Source: Candidatus Magasanikiibacteriota bacterium
Lineage (GTDB): Bacteria > Patescibacteriota > Patescibacteriia > Magasanikbacterales > GWA2-37-8
DNA: 64,000 nt
NCBI GenBank assembly: GCA_016182085.1
Contig: JACOYB010000005.1
Location: 1,013-65,012, forward strand
Reading direction: 5' to 3'
The notes under the pieces were generated by a model. That model worked only from the letters and a program-made list of their open reading frames with translations, ran no database searches and was not told where the DNA came from. Positions 25,945 through 35,384 of this stretch are shown here, in pieces. Numbering within the stretch: the stretch's first letter is position 1; every line of letters begins with the position of its first letter. The translations under genes were made by a program, and so were the position numbers.

Positions 25945-28296
25945 CTAAATATTCATCGCTCTTAAAAATATGCTAAAATCAAAAATGTTCACTTTGCCAT
26001 CTCCGCTTAAATCGTTTTTCAGCCTAGATTCATCGTTGTCGCTCCCCCACTGAAAAAGAAAAATACTCCAGTCGTTAATATTCACTTTGCCGTCGTTATT
26101 AAAGTCGGTCTTTAGAGTGGGTTGTTTTGACAATTTAAAAACACGCGATGTAGAGAACCCGCTTTTTTTACCATCTAATGTAGTTTGCCGTACTTGCGCC
26201 CGGTGTTCACCGTAAGCAAGAACAGTCGCATCCACATTAAAATTGTAAAATCCGGATTGAGTTGCTTTGGTATCCTGAAACTTTTCTCCATCTACCTCTA
26301 ATTCTACCACATTATCCGGTAAAGCGTAACCATCAATTTTCAAAACATCATTTTTTGTAATTAACGCTTTTTCAAAAACCATTGTCGGAGGAATCAAAAT
26401 GTCTTTAACTTCAAACAGATCGCCCGGCAGATTTACGTAAAAAGGAACGCTAAATGCCAATGCCCCCGAGTTTATCCCGTTTTTATCGTACGCTCGCAAA
26501 GCAAATAAATAATCCGCGCGGATTAGCCCGGTAACAATAATAACAAAAGAACCGTCTTCATTTATCACCGAACTTTCCGAAGGGGCGACGATATATGTTT
26601 CGTCTTCAACAAGTTTTCTTAGCACCTCAATTTTACTTTGCGGATATGCTTGTCCGGAAAAAATAACTCGCCGCGGCTGCGCGCTACCGCCGCTGGCAGA
26701 CGGGCTTGACGCCGCGCTAGGCGAAGGACCGCCATTAGCCAATGTCGTCTTGCTCGGCACATTGGAAATACCGGAAGTATTGGGCACTTCATCGGAAGTT
26801 TTGATTGCAAAATAATAAACCGTGCTGGTGGATAAACCGGTAACCATCATTGAATTACTGGAACCAGCCGCGGATGGAGTTGGTTCACCGGCTACTTGAG
26901 TTGCTGAAGCAAAATTACCTTCTGTAATAGCAGAGGTGGAATAACGTAAATCATATGAGGTGGCAGTACCGGTAGTTCCGTCATCACCGGGCGCTGTCCA
27001 AGAAAGATCCATAGACGAGCCGGTCGGGTTTGATGCGGCCAAATCGGAAACTACCCCCGGAGCGGTGGTGTCGGAAGATATAATATCTACGATTGTGTCC
27101 CCCATCAGATCATCAGTTGAAGCCAAATCCCAAGTCACATATATGCGCTCATTGGACATGGCATTAACTCGCGCCCCATAAAGATCGCCGGCAGTAACAT
27201 TTACCGGGCCCTGCTCGGCCCCCCATGTAGCCATACCATCGGTAGATTTTTTCCAATATACATTTCCGCTAGCGGCCGTACCGGGCGTAGAGCGCGCGGT
27301 ATAAACCGCGTAAATCTCACCCGCGCTTTCATCAAAACTAATTTTTACACCGGTAATGCCTTTTGAATCATTGGTTAGGACATCTGTTTTTGCAGTCCAT
27401 GCGCCGCCGGAATATACCGCTGTCCGTATATCATCATCGGTGCCAAAGGTGGCAACATCAGTAGCATACGCCAAATAAATATCGCCGGTTGATTTTTTAA
27501 GTGTGGCGCCAAAATGAGCATCGTAAGTACCGTCCTCTATGGCGTTGGCATCAATAGTGGCCCAAGAAGAATCCCAAGAATTTGCCGAGTCATTATAGAC
27601 TTTTGACAGAACATCATCAGCCGACATATCCCAACTAATTGCCAAAATATTTCCACTTGAAAGCGGCATCAAAATTAACCAGTCCGTTGCCAAGTCAAAA
27701 GGAATGGCACCGGCTTCTGTCCAGTTGGCAGCAGATGCGCAGTTAGCTCCGGAAACGCATTTGATAACAAAAGAATCTCCGGCATCTTGCACACCCATAT
27801 AAACATCGCCGTCTGTTCCTTTGGTAATAGAAGGAATATTTGACCCCACCGCAAATCCGCCGCCTTGATTGGCGCCACTGGCATTTACAACGGTGGTTAA
27901 CGTATCGTCAGAAGTATTCAGTCTCGCATACCAAATATCGGCAGCGTCCATGGTCGTAATATGTATATATGTGCCAGACGTGTCGCCGGGGGTCCAACGG
28001 TCATACCAAACAGCAATTTTAAAACAGTCGGTCTGAGAATCAACCGTCACGGACGCACCCCAAGAAGTACCGCCATCGGTGGTTTTGCTATAAGCGCAGG
28101 TACCGGCAGAATCACGAAAGAAAGCGTAACCAACTTGATCTGAAATAAATACCACGGTTGGCGAACTGCCATTGTGGGAAGTAAGGGTAGTATGAATAGA
28201 ACTATCAATGGCTACGTCTGCCGCAAAAATAATCACGGGTACGGCAACCAAAATCAGCAGTAAAATTAACAATAAAAATGTTTGTTTCATTTTCAT
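25945..28296 (-). CDS. Secreted BNR/sialidase-like beta-propeller, FN3 and C-terminal type-I dockerin protein
   Basis: A signal peptide is followed by Asp-boxes (TDGGTSWGA, STDGMATWGA) and an FN3-like segment. The C-terminus carries duplicated dockerin Ca-binding segments, DFNNDGKVNINDWSIFL and DLSGDGKVNIFDFSIFL. Confidence 0.65.
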   Translation of the reverse strand: MKMKQTFLLLILLLILVAVPVIIFAADVAIDSSIHTTLTSHNGSSPTVVFISDQVGYAFFRDSAGTCAYSKTTDGGTSWGASVTVDSQTDCFKIAVWYDRWTPGDTSGTYIHITTMDAADIWYARLNTSDDTLTTVVNASGANQGGGFAVGSNIPSITKGTDGDVYMGVQDAGDSFVIKCVSGANCASAANWTEAGAIPFDLATDWLILMPLSSGNILAISWDMSADDVLSKVYNDSANSWDSSWATIDANAIEDGTYDAHFGATLKKSTGDIYLAYATDVATFGTDDDIRTAVYSGGAWTAKTDVLTNDSKGITGVKISFDESAGEIYAVYTARSTPGTAASGNVYWKKSTDGMATWGAEQGPVNVTAGDLYGARVNAMSNERIYVTWDLASTDDLMGDTIVDIISSDTTAPGVVSDLAASNPTGSSMDLSWTAPGDDGTTGTATSYDLRYSTSAITEGNFASATQVAGEPTPSAAGSSNSMMVTGLSTSTVYYFAIKTSDEVPNTSGISNVPSKTTLANGGPSPSAASSPSASGGSAQPRRVIFSGQAYPQSKIEVLRKLVEDETYIVAPSESSVINEDGSFVIIVTGLIRADYLFALRAYDKNGINSGALAFSVPFYVNLPGDLFEVKDILIPPTMVFEKALITKNDVLKIDGYALPDNVVELEVDGEKFQDTKATQSGFYNFNVDATVLAYGEHRAQVRQTTLDGKKSGFSTSRVFKLSKQPTLKTDFNNDGKVNINDWSIFLFQWGSDNDESRLKNDLSGDGKVNIFDFSIFLRAMNI

Positions 28297-28692
28297 TTAT
28301 TTTGCCTGCGGATGAGATTCTTTTGCAAAAAAGTGCTGCACTTTTTCTATAATCTCACCTACGGGATGATCTGATTTTACGATATAATCATCTGCTCCGA
28401 GCCTGAGACCTTTTTTAATGTCATCATCTTCGCCAAGCATAGTAAGAACTATCACGGGGATGGCTTTGGTACCCGGGAATTTTTTAAGTTCTTCTAAAAC
28501 CTCGAAGCCGTGCTTTTTAGGCAACACTAAATCCAGCAGCACCAGGTCTGGGTGTTTGGATTTCACCATTTCCAAACCCGATTCGCCGTCAAATGCCTGC
28601 AAAGCATCAAACCCGGCATCAAAAAGTTCGGTATAGAGCACTTTGGCAAGCACTTCGTCGTCTTCTACTATTACAATTTTAATTTTCTCCAT
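28297..28692 (-). CDS. Stand-alone response-regulator receiver
   Basis: The protein is 131 aa. The motif DLVLLDLVLPKKHG is present. Its stop abuts the dockerin gene start. Confidence 0.8.
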   Translation of the reverse strand: MEKIKIVIVEDDEVLAKVLYTELFDAGFDALQAFDGESGLEMVKSKHPDLVLLDLVLPKKHGFEVLEELKKFPGTKAIPVIVLTMLGEDDDIKKGLRLGADDYIVKSDHPVGEIIEKVQHFFAKESHPQAK

Positions 28693-28826
28693 ATGCGAAA
28701 TGAGTGAGGGAAATAATCAAATGTTTTTGATTATTTCTGAACGAATGAGTATATACCTTAGTATATGCGAAATGAGTGAATATAAAATTAAATGTATTTA
28801 ACTTTATACGAGCGAGTGAATGTATA
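28691..28826 (+). repeat. Dispersed repeat family, copy b (two tandem ~66-nt units)
   Basis: The unit GCGAAATGAGTGAG, hairpin, GAACGAATGAGTATATA occurs twice. The first unit abuts the response-regulator start codon. Confidence 0.7.
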
Positions 28827-28867
28827 ATTACTTATGCGCTATCTATTAATTCATTATACACCGCTCA

Positions 28868-29998
28868 TTATTTATCCTGCAAGTACACGGGAACAAATCC
28901 TTTTTCTCCTTTTTGCGCTTTTGCCACCAAGGGAATTTCTATATAAAAAGTAGAACCGCTTTCTGCATCTCCGCCCGCCGTAGTTTTTTTAACTAAATTA
29001 GGAGATTTAAACCAAATTTTGCCGCCAATGAGCCCGGCCGCTTGGGAAGCAATATATAGCCCCAGACCGCTGCCATCAGTCTTAACGGCAGCCGCATTTG
29101 ACGCGCGAAAAAATTTCTCAAAAATATGAACCTGCTCCTGTTTTGGTATTCCTATACCCGTGTCCCGAATCATAAAAAACGCGGCGTTGTTTTTCTTTTC
29201 TATGCCCACCTCTACCTTTCCTCCTTGAGGAGTATATTCAATGGCGTTTCTAATAATATCTTGCAAAATATAATCCAACGCGTTTCTGTCGGTAGTGGCG
29301 GCAAGTTTTTTGAGGTGGTTAGTAAATATAAGTTTTAAATCTTTTTTTTCAGAGAGTGTCTGAAGCCTGCTTATAAGTTCTTTTGTAAACTTTACCAGGT
29401 CTAAATCTTCCGGCGCTACCATTATGCGCCCCGACTCAATCCGCGATATATTCAACATGAGTTTTATCAGCGTATTAAGACGCGAAGCTGAGTAAATAAT
29501 ATCGCGAAGATATTTCTTTCCACTCTCCGTTAATTTTTCTTTTTCTAAAAAAAGTTCGGCTGTCCACCTAATCCCGGTCAAAGGGGTACGAAGCTGATGC
29601 GAGGCAAGAGAAACAAACTCGGTTTTTGAACGATCAAGCTCTTTTAAACGAGTAACGTCGTGGAGAATTATGATTCCCCCGATAGATCCTCTTTGCTCGT
29701 GCAGGGCGGGCGTAATGGATATCTCAAAAAAAAAGTTTGCCAAAGAAATTTCTTCTGTGCGGATGACCTTATCTTTTTTTATCGCCTCGCCAACTTTATT
29801 TTCCAAGTCCAGAGCGGGAAATAATTTGTAAAATTTTGAAAGGCCATACCCTTCCCGAGGCAGTCCGGTAAAACTCATGGCCGCCGGGTTTGCCAGAATA
29901 ACTTTTTTCTTTGCGTCAAATATAATTACCCCGTCTGTAAGGCTTGAAAGAATAGTGGTAATAACATCTTGCGGCAAGATCTTGGTCGTTTCCGCCAT
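28868..29998 (-). CDS. PAS sensor histidine kinase (cytoplasmic)
   Basis: A PAS domain, an H-box (HQLRTPLTGIRW) and a HATPase_c domain are present. The protein is 376 aa. Confidence 0.85.
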   Translation of the reverse strand: MAETTKILPQDVITTILSSLTDGVIIFDAKKKVILANPAAMSFTGLPREGYGLSKFYKLFPALDLENKVGEAIKKDKVIRTEEISLANFFFEISITPALHEQRGSIGGIIILHDVTRLKELDRSKTEFVSLASHQLRTPLTGIRWTAELFLEKEKLTESGKKYLRDIIYSASRLNTLIKLMLNISRIESGRIMVAPEDLDLVKFTKELISRLQTLSEKKDLKLIFTNHLKKLAATTDRNALDYILQDIIRNAIEYTPQGGKVEVGIEKKNNAAFFMIRDTGIGIPKQEQVHIFEKFFRASNAAAVKTDGSGLGLYIASQAAGLIGGKIWFKSPNLVKKTTAGGDAESGSTFYIEIPLVAKAQKGEKGFVPVYLQDK

Positions 29999-30039
29999 AC
30001 AGGACTATTTTAATTATCCGCTAACAAAGTTTCTTATTC

Positions 30040-30165
30040 ACTCATCTCTAGTAATTATAAGCGGAGCTTGAAATTACGTCGAGCTTCGGAATAAGAAAAT
30101 ACTAAGGTATTTTCTTATTCACTCATCTCTAGTAATTATAACAAACTTTTTTTAAAACAAAAATA
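30040..30165 (-). repeat. Dispersed repeat family, copy c (inverted orientation). It has two 30-nt direct repeats and a 14-bp perfect-stem hairpin.
   Basis: TTCTTATTCACTCATCTCTAGTAATTATAA occurs twice. It is the reverse complement of the GAGATGAGTGAATAA core. Between the copies lies GAATAAGAAAATAC-TAAG-GTATTTTCTTATTC. Confidence 0.6.
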
Positions 30166-30191
30166 CCCTACTATGAACTATATAATAAATT

Positions 30192-31199
30192 TTATTTTGT
30201 CGCTAGTATGCTGCGTTTATAGTTTTCTAAATTGTCTAGAGCAATACCGGTGCCTTTGGCCACACAAAGCAATGGCTCTTCGGCCACATAGGTAGCCACG
30301 CCCGTTGCTTGAGCGATAAGTTCGTTTAAATTTCGCAGCATGGCCGAACCGCCGGATAAAATTATGCCTTTGTCTATTACATCTGCCGAAAGTTCAGGCG
30401 GGGTTTTGTACAAAACTGCTTTTACCGCCTCAGTTAAATTACCCAACTCATGCTGCAAGGCTTCGGTCGTATCATCGGAACTTACCATAATAGTTTTTGG
30501 CAAACCGGTAATCATATCGCGGCCTTTTACTTCCATAGTCAGAGGTTTTTCCATATACATGGCCGAACCAACTTTAATTTTTATATCTTCGGCTGACCGC
30601 TCGCCGATCGCCAAATTATATTTATGGCGAACATATTCCATGATAGCTTGGTCAAATTTATTGCCGCCCACGCGAGCCGAACCCCAAGAAACTATTCCGC
30701 CCAGAGAAATCACGGCAATTTCGGCTGTGCCGCCGCCAATATCTATAATCATATGTCCCGAAGCCGCGCCAATCGGAATATCAGCGCCAATTGCGGCCAC
30801 CACCGGTTCTTTAATGATATATGCCGCGCGCGCGCCGGCAGCGATGGTGGCGTCAATTACAGCTCGGCGTTCGGTGGAAGTAATGCCAGCCGGCACGGCC
30901 ACCATAACTTCCGGACGAAACAAACGCACACCGCCTAAAGCTTTATTTATAAAATACCTAAGCATGGCTTCGGTGGTATGGTAGTTGGCAATCACGCCAT
31001 CTTTAAGCGGGCGTTCGGCCAAGATCGCGTCCGGAGCGCGCCCAATCATATCTTTAGCCTCAACTCCTACGGCGAGCACTTTGCCATCGGCTTTAGATAC
31101 GGCCACAACACTGGGTTCATTAATAACAATTCCTTTTTTTGGAACATATACAAGCACGTTAGTCGTACCCAGATCAATGCCGATTTTTTTGATAAACAT
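30192..31199 (-). CDS. mreB: Rod-shape determining actin homolog MreB
   Basis: The N-terminal GIDLGTTNVLVY and the actin fold match MreB. The protein is 335 aa. Confidence 0.9.
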   Translation of the reverse strand: MFIKKIGIDLGTTNVLVYVPKKGIVINEPSVVAVSKADGKVLAVGVEAKDMIGRAPDAILAERPLKDGVIANYHTTEAMLRYFINKALGGVRLFRPEVMVAVPAGITSTERRAVIDATIAAGARAAYIIKEPVVAAIGADIPIGAASGHMIIDIGGGTAEIAVISLGGIVSWGSARVGGNKFDQAIMEYVRHKYNLAIGERSAEDIKIKVGSAMYMEKPLTMEVKGRDMITGLPKTIMVSSDDTTEALQHELGNLTEAVKAVLYKTPPELSADVIDKGIILSGGSAMLRNLNELIAQATGVATYVAEEPLLCVAKGTGIALDNLENYKRSILATK

Positions 31200-31288
31200 A
31201 GTGAATGAGAGAAATAGACGAGCTTGCTCGGATATTTCCGAGTGAGCTGTGTTTATATGTGGCTTTAGCCCATATAAACATAATTGTA
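31200..31288 (+). repeat. Dispersed repeat family, copy d (abuts the mreB start)
   Basis: CATAGTGAATGAGAG, a hairpin, then CGAGTGAGCTGTGTTTATATGTGGCTTTAGCCCATATAA. Confidence 0.65.
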
Positions 31289-32722
31289 TTAATTAGCCAA
31301 GCCTACTTCTATACTACGATCAACTGTCAAATCCGTTTTATAATTATATTTTTGATCGCCGATATTTTCTTGAGCTTCACTTGGGCTTGCTGATACGATA
31401 TTTTTACCAAAATTAAGGTTGAGCGTCAATTTATCCGCGATTGTTCCTAATTGTTTTTGCACAAGCAGATTATACGAATTATTTTTTATTTGCCCAGCTA
31501 CTTGCGGCGCCACATAAAACTGCCAGGCGAGCTCACCGGTTTTGCCCGGTTCAATGGAAATAAATGCGCCAAACCACTGTCGGCCGTTTTCCATTCCTTG
31601 ATCTACAGCTCCGGGTTCGATTGATCTGTCTGTTTTCATACTGCCGGAAACCGAAATAAATTTACTGCCTTCAGGCAAGAAAACCCTGGCATACGTTCTG
31701 TATCTCGTTGTAAATTTCGTAAAGCTGCCATTGTTTTTATATTTCATTTTTACCGTGCCAACATATTTATCCGTGCCGCTTGGCGCAACCGAATACGACA
31801 ATTCTTTATCCATGACCTTATCGGTTTTAAGCGCGGCCATATTGGCATCCGCCCATAATATATAATCTTTTTTATCCTGTTTCATTTCTCCGCTCCAACC
31901 TCGGGCTACCAAAATTTTTTGTATTTCCGAATCCGTGGAATACGCCAAAATATGTTTCTCCAGCAACATGCGCTGGCTTAAAGCAAAATAACTGGACCAG
32001 TGTTTAAATAAATCGCCGCGGATGCGAGCTAAAAGCGCATGGCTTAAATCGGCTAAAATTTTCTTGCGCTCGTCAAAATGCAAACCATCTTCGGCAAAAC
32101 CAAACTCCACTTCATATTCCAATTTTTCCGTAAAGTTGTCCGCGTTAAATTCTTCGCCATTTACGGTAATCGACCCGCTGATGCGCAAAATTTCTTCAAG
32201 CAGAGTGGGTGTAATTCCAATCACGCCCGTAATTTCATCCGCCGAAACGCCGCGTTCTTTTTTAAACAAGTCCAGTGATTTCATGGAAGAGGCTGCAAAA
32301 TCCGGCGACCAGTTGCTGTCCCTAAAACCCCATCTTTTGACGAGCACATATTTTTGCAGCGGTTCGGGCGGCACAGACTCAAAATCTTGCGGCGCCTGGT
32401 TATCTAAAATTTCAGTTCCTTCCACTTTTAAAATATGGGGTATGCCTTTATCAACTCGCACCACGCTATAGGCGCCGATAAATCCCCCGCCCGGACGAAT
32501 TTCAGTATTGTTTAAAAACAACACCAAATAGGTCTGTGGTTTTTCAAAACCCAATACTTTCGGAACCAGGATATTTTCCGCCGGATCAGAAACAACCGTT
32601 TCGGCAACTTTTTTTATTACAGCCGATTGCAATCCGCCTTGGGAACGAGACCAGCGCCACAGCCCCAAAGCGCCGATAACAACTAGCGCAAAAAGTAAAA
32701 TAAAAATTATTTTTTTTATCAT
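31289..32722 (-). CDS. Membrane-anchored hypothetical protein (N-terminal TM, large extracytoplasmic domain)
   Basis: The protein is 477 aa with a single N-terminal TM. It lies next to the processive GT2 synthase. Confidence 0.4.
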   Translation of the reverse strand: MIKKIIFILLFALVVIGALGLWRWSRSQGGLQSAVIKKVAETVVSDPAENILVPKVLGFEKPQTYLVLFLNNTEIRPGGGFIGAYSVVRVDKGIPHILKVEGTEILDNQAPQDFESVPPEPLQKYVLVKRWGFRDSNWSPDFAASSMKSLDLFKKERGVSADEITGVIGITPTLLEEILRISGSITVNGEEFNADNFTEKLEYEVEFGFAEDGLHFDERKKILADLSHALLARIRGDLFKHWSSYFALSQRMLLEKHILAYSTDSEIQKILVARGWSGEMKQDKKDYILWADANMAALKTDKVMDKELSYSVAPSGTDKYVGTVKMKYKNNGSFTKFTTRYRTYARVFLPEGSKFISVSGSMKTDRSIEPGAVDQGMENGRQWFGAFISIEPGKTGELAWQFYVAPQVAGQIKNNSYNLLVQKQLGTIADKLTLNLNFGKNIVSASPSEAQENIGDQKYNYKTDLTVDRSIEVGLAN

Positions 32723-32745
32723 ATGTTTAGTCCATATAAACGAAA

Positions 32746-34230
32746 CTAACTTCTCTTTTTTACGGAAACGTTAAAACCAAGGTATTTGCCAAACATGAGA
32801 TGAGAAACCGCGTCCAGACAAGGCAGCGACGAAAAGAAAATAAGCGATATCGGCAAAAGAAACCATTGCAGAATCATAAATAAATATCCATGACGCGGGT
32901 GATTTTCCGGACGTGCCGGTAAAATCAACATGCTCATTACGGCTGAAACGAGCAGCCCGAGCATAGCCAGGGTCATCAGAATTTCTAAAATATTGGGGGC
33001 ATTAAAAAATAACGCGCTCTGCCGAACTTCGTTTCCCGCCACCCACAGAGGCAATCGGCCAATGAGGGTGATAAGAATTGCCACCACCGCCCAACTCCAC
33101 TTGCCTTCCCATTCATGAAACAGCACTGATATTTTTTTAAACCAGGGAATTTTTTTATTCTGGCGGAACTGCCATAATAAATACGGAATATGTTCCGTGC
33201 CCCAGGCCCAACGGCGCTGCTGCAAATATAAATTTTTCAAACTGCGCCACCACGAGTCGTCGCGCACCGTATCCATGGATACGGGGATATACATTGGCGT
33301 GACTTCATAATCTCCATTATACCGCAACCAGCATTGATAAAAAATACGCGAATCTTCGCTGACAATGTCCTTGCTATGCCCCCCGCAATCCATAATCGCT
33401 TTAAAACTCATGCTGTGCGAAGAAAATGTAACCAGGCTGTCTAACCTGGCCAAGCTAAACAACATCCAAAAACTGGTACCGAAGGCCATGATACGGATAA
33501 TGGCCGGCGACTCCCACAAATTATTATTATACAAGGTGAGCGGCTGGAACGAACTGTGATCTGGCCGCGGATGATTATTATACAAATACGCCAGATGCGC
33601 AAAGTATTCGCTATGCACAATCGTGTCAATATCAAAAACCGAAGTAATAATATCTATGTACTCCCAGCCGCGCTGGTCGGCATATTTCTTAAATTCCCAT
33701 TCGGCATAGTGAATATTGGAACCTTTCCCCGGAATTTCATCGGGCAAATTTTCCGGATGCGTATAAAAAATTATATCCGCGAATTTTCCCGAATAATTCT
33801 CAACAACTAATTTTTGTATGCCTTGCAAGTGTTCCGGTTTTCTAGCTTCGCCGGAAATTACCAGATAGGTTTTGCCGGCTGGAAAGCTGGATTTTAAAAA
33901 ACTATCCAATGTCGGCGCCACCACATCCCAACTTTCATTATATAGAGGCAGAAAAACGACATTCTTTCTTTTTTCCCAATCTGGAAATTCGGCTTTAAGT
34001 TTTTCAAACCAATTTATTTTTACGGCCTTGCGGAAACGCCTCCAAGACAAAAACAAATAAAAAGAAAAATATGATACGCGGATAACCCAATACACATCAA
34101 AGACCAAGATAAAATAAATCATCCATAACGGCTTGGCAAAGGATAAGATAATGGTCAAAAAAATCGTAAGCCAAATACTTAAGCCCGGTAACATTTCGTA
34201 CAGACGATACCTGTGATAATTCGAGATCAT
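32746..34230 (-). CDS. Processive GT2 glycosyltransferase (cellulose/chitin/hyaluronan-synthase-like) with flanking TM helices
   Basis: N- and C-terminal TM helices flank a GT2 core. The QxxRW motif (QQRRWAWG) and D,D,D-type motifs are present. Confidence 0.65.
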   Translation of the reverse strand: MISNYHRYRLYEMLPGLSIWLTIFLTIILSFAKPLWMIYFILVFDVYWVIRVSYFSFYLFLSWRRFRKAVKINWFEKLKAEFPDWEKRKNVVFLPLYNESWDVVAPTLDSFLKSSFPAGKTYLVISGEARKPEHLQGIQKLVVENYSGKFADIIFYTHPENLPDEIPGKGSNIHYAEWEFKKYADQRGWEYIDIITSVFDIDTIVHSEYFAHLAYLYNNHPRPDHSSFQPLTLYNNNLWESPAIIRIMAFGTSFWMLFSLARLDSLVTFSSHSMSFKAIMDCGGHSKDIVSEDSRIFYQCWLRYNGDYEVTPMYIPVSMDTVRDDSWWRSLKNLYLQQRRWAWGTEHIPYLLWQFRQNKKIPWFKKISVLFHEWEGKWSWAVVAILITLIGRLPLWVAGNEVRQSALFFNAPNILEILMTLAMLGLLVSAVMSMLILPARPENHPRHGYLFMILQWFLLPISLIFFSSLPCLDAVSHLMFGKYLGFNVSVKKRS

Positions 34231-34679
34231 ACCTGGTTATTTTTTCCTTGTATATGAGCCTCCGCGCTATATTCGGGCATCACATACTGTCCGGCCTTAG
34301 CCTCTTTGGCCTTAGCTGAAGCCGCCCGCCGGTCAAAATTCTTTTCTAATTTTATAACCGGAATACGCAAGCCATAAGCTAAGGTGTTAGCCAGAGTTAC
34401 GGCCAGCCTAGTACCCGTAAACCTTCCCACACCCATCACCACGCCCACGCATGTAATATCTTTTACAGATAGGTTAAGTTCGGATAAAAACTTGTCCAAA
34501 CAAACTAGCAAATCATCACTCTGTTTCGTTTTAAAAGCCTTTGATCTAATATTGTGTCCGGAAGTTTTTTGTTTTGACGAAGCCGCGGTTCTTTTCAAAA
34601 CACCTTGAACAAATTTATTATCCATTTCAGCGTAGAACACACCCCTATCGTCTTCGGTATTGTCAATAACAAGCAGCAT
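34227..34679 (-). CDS. tsaB: TsaB (YeaZ)-like N-terminal domain protein (t6A biosynthesis partner), short form
   Basis: ITCVGVVMGVGRFTGTRLAVTLANTLAYGLRIPV matches the TsaB GPGSFTGLRIG signature. The protein is only 150 aa. Confidence 0.5.
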   Translation of the reverse strand: MLLVIDNTEDDRGVFYAEMDNKFVQGVLKRTAASSKQKTSGHNIRSKAFKTKQSDDLLVCLDKFLSELNLSVKDITCVGVVMGVGRFTGTRLAVTLANTLAYGLRIPVIKLEKNFDRRAASAKAKEAKAGQYVMPEYSAEAHIQGKNNQV

Positions 34680-34685
34680 AACCGA

Positions 34686-35285
34686 TTACATTTTATTTAT
34701 TTCGTCAACCACCTTTACATACTTGCCTTCAAAGATGCTATATAAGAATTTATCGCCAATTTCACGACGATCATTTAATTCTTTTTCACTCATGATTGTA
34801 TAGCGGAGCGACTTGCCCAGCTTTTTCTCAAAATCAGCCACCAGCTTTGAAACCAAAACCGGTTTTATTTCTCCCACGAGTAAAATATCGGTTTCCGCGT
34901 TTTTAGCATCCGTAAAGCAACCGGTAAACAACAGTAATTTCAGCTTGCCGGCTTTGTTCTTTAAGAGTTCAATCAGCTCACGCTCGTACAGTATTTGCGC
35001 CTTAAACAGCAGGGCTTTAAGTTCCGCATACAGCAAACAAGCGGTGTCTAATTTATAATATTTTGAACGGCCGGTACCGGATTGTTCGGCAGAGTCGGTA
35101 ATTTCGGCAACCGTAGGCATAATAATACCTACTTTTTCCAAATTACTGAGTTCGCGCCTGACCGCGTTAAGCTGGGATTCAGTCAGTCTTGCCAGTTCGC
35201 GCACATAAAATGGCCGATCCGGAGAGTGGAAAAAAATATGCAAAAGTTTTATCCTAGTCTTTGAACCAAAAAGTTGTTCAAGCAT
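34686..35285 (-). CDS. Putative winged-helix transcriptional regulator
   Basis: The N-terminal FYVRELARLTESQLNAVRRELSNLEKVGII is wHTH-like. Confidence 0.35.
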   Translation of the reverse strand: MLEQLFGSKTRIKLLHIFFHSPDRPFYVRELARLTESQLNAVRRELSNLEKVGIIMPTVAEITDSAEQSGTGRSKYYKLDTACLLYAELKALLFKAQILYERELIELLKNKAGKLKLLLFTGCFTDAKNAETDILLVGEIKPVLVSKLVADFEKKLGKSLRYTIMSEKELNDRREIGDKFLYSIFEGKYVKVVDEINKM

Positions 35286-35384
35286 ATCGCTAAGGTTGCA
35301 CTAAATAAGAAAATCGTAATAAATAGCTTTACTATTTTACGCCGTTTATAGTATAATTATTAAAGAAGAAAAAGTCAAAATACC

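Noticed and set aside
28691-28865. The dispersed-repeat doublet as a CRISPR array
   Set aside because: There are only two units. The repeats are imperfect. Unit spacing equals unit length, so there are no unique spacers. The same element occurs singly elsewhere next to start codons, and no cas genes are present.
30340-30984. 214-aa plus-strand ORF antisense to mreB
   Set aside because: mreB on the minus strand is unambiguous. The antisense ORF has biased Ala/Ser/Ile composition typical of a shadow frame.
34227-34679. Calling the 150-aa protein a full TsaB
   Set aside because: It is only half the normal length. It is kept as a TsaB-like fragment or domain at moderate confidence rather than asserted as functional t6A machinery.
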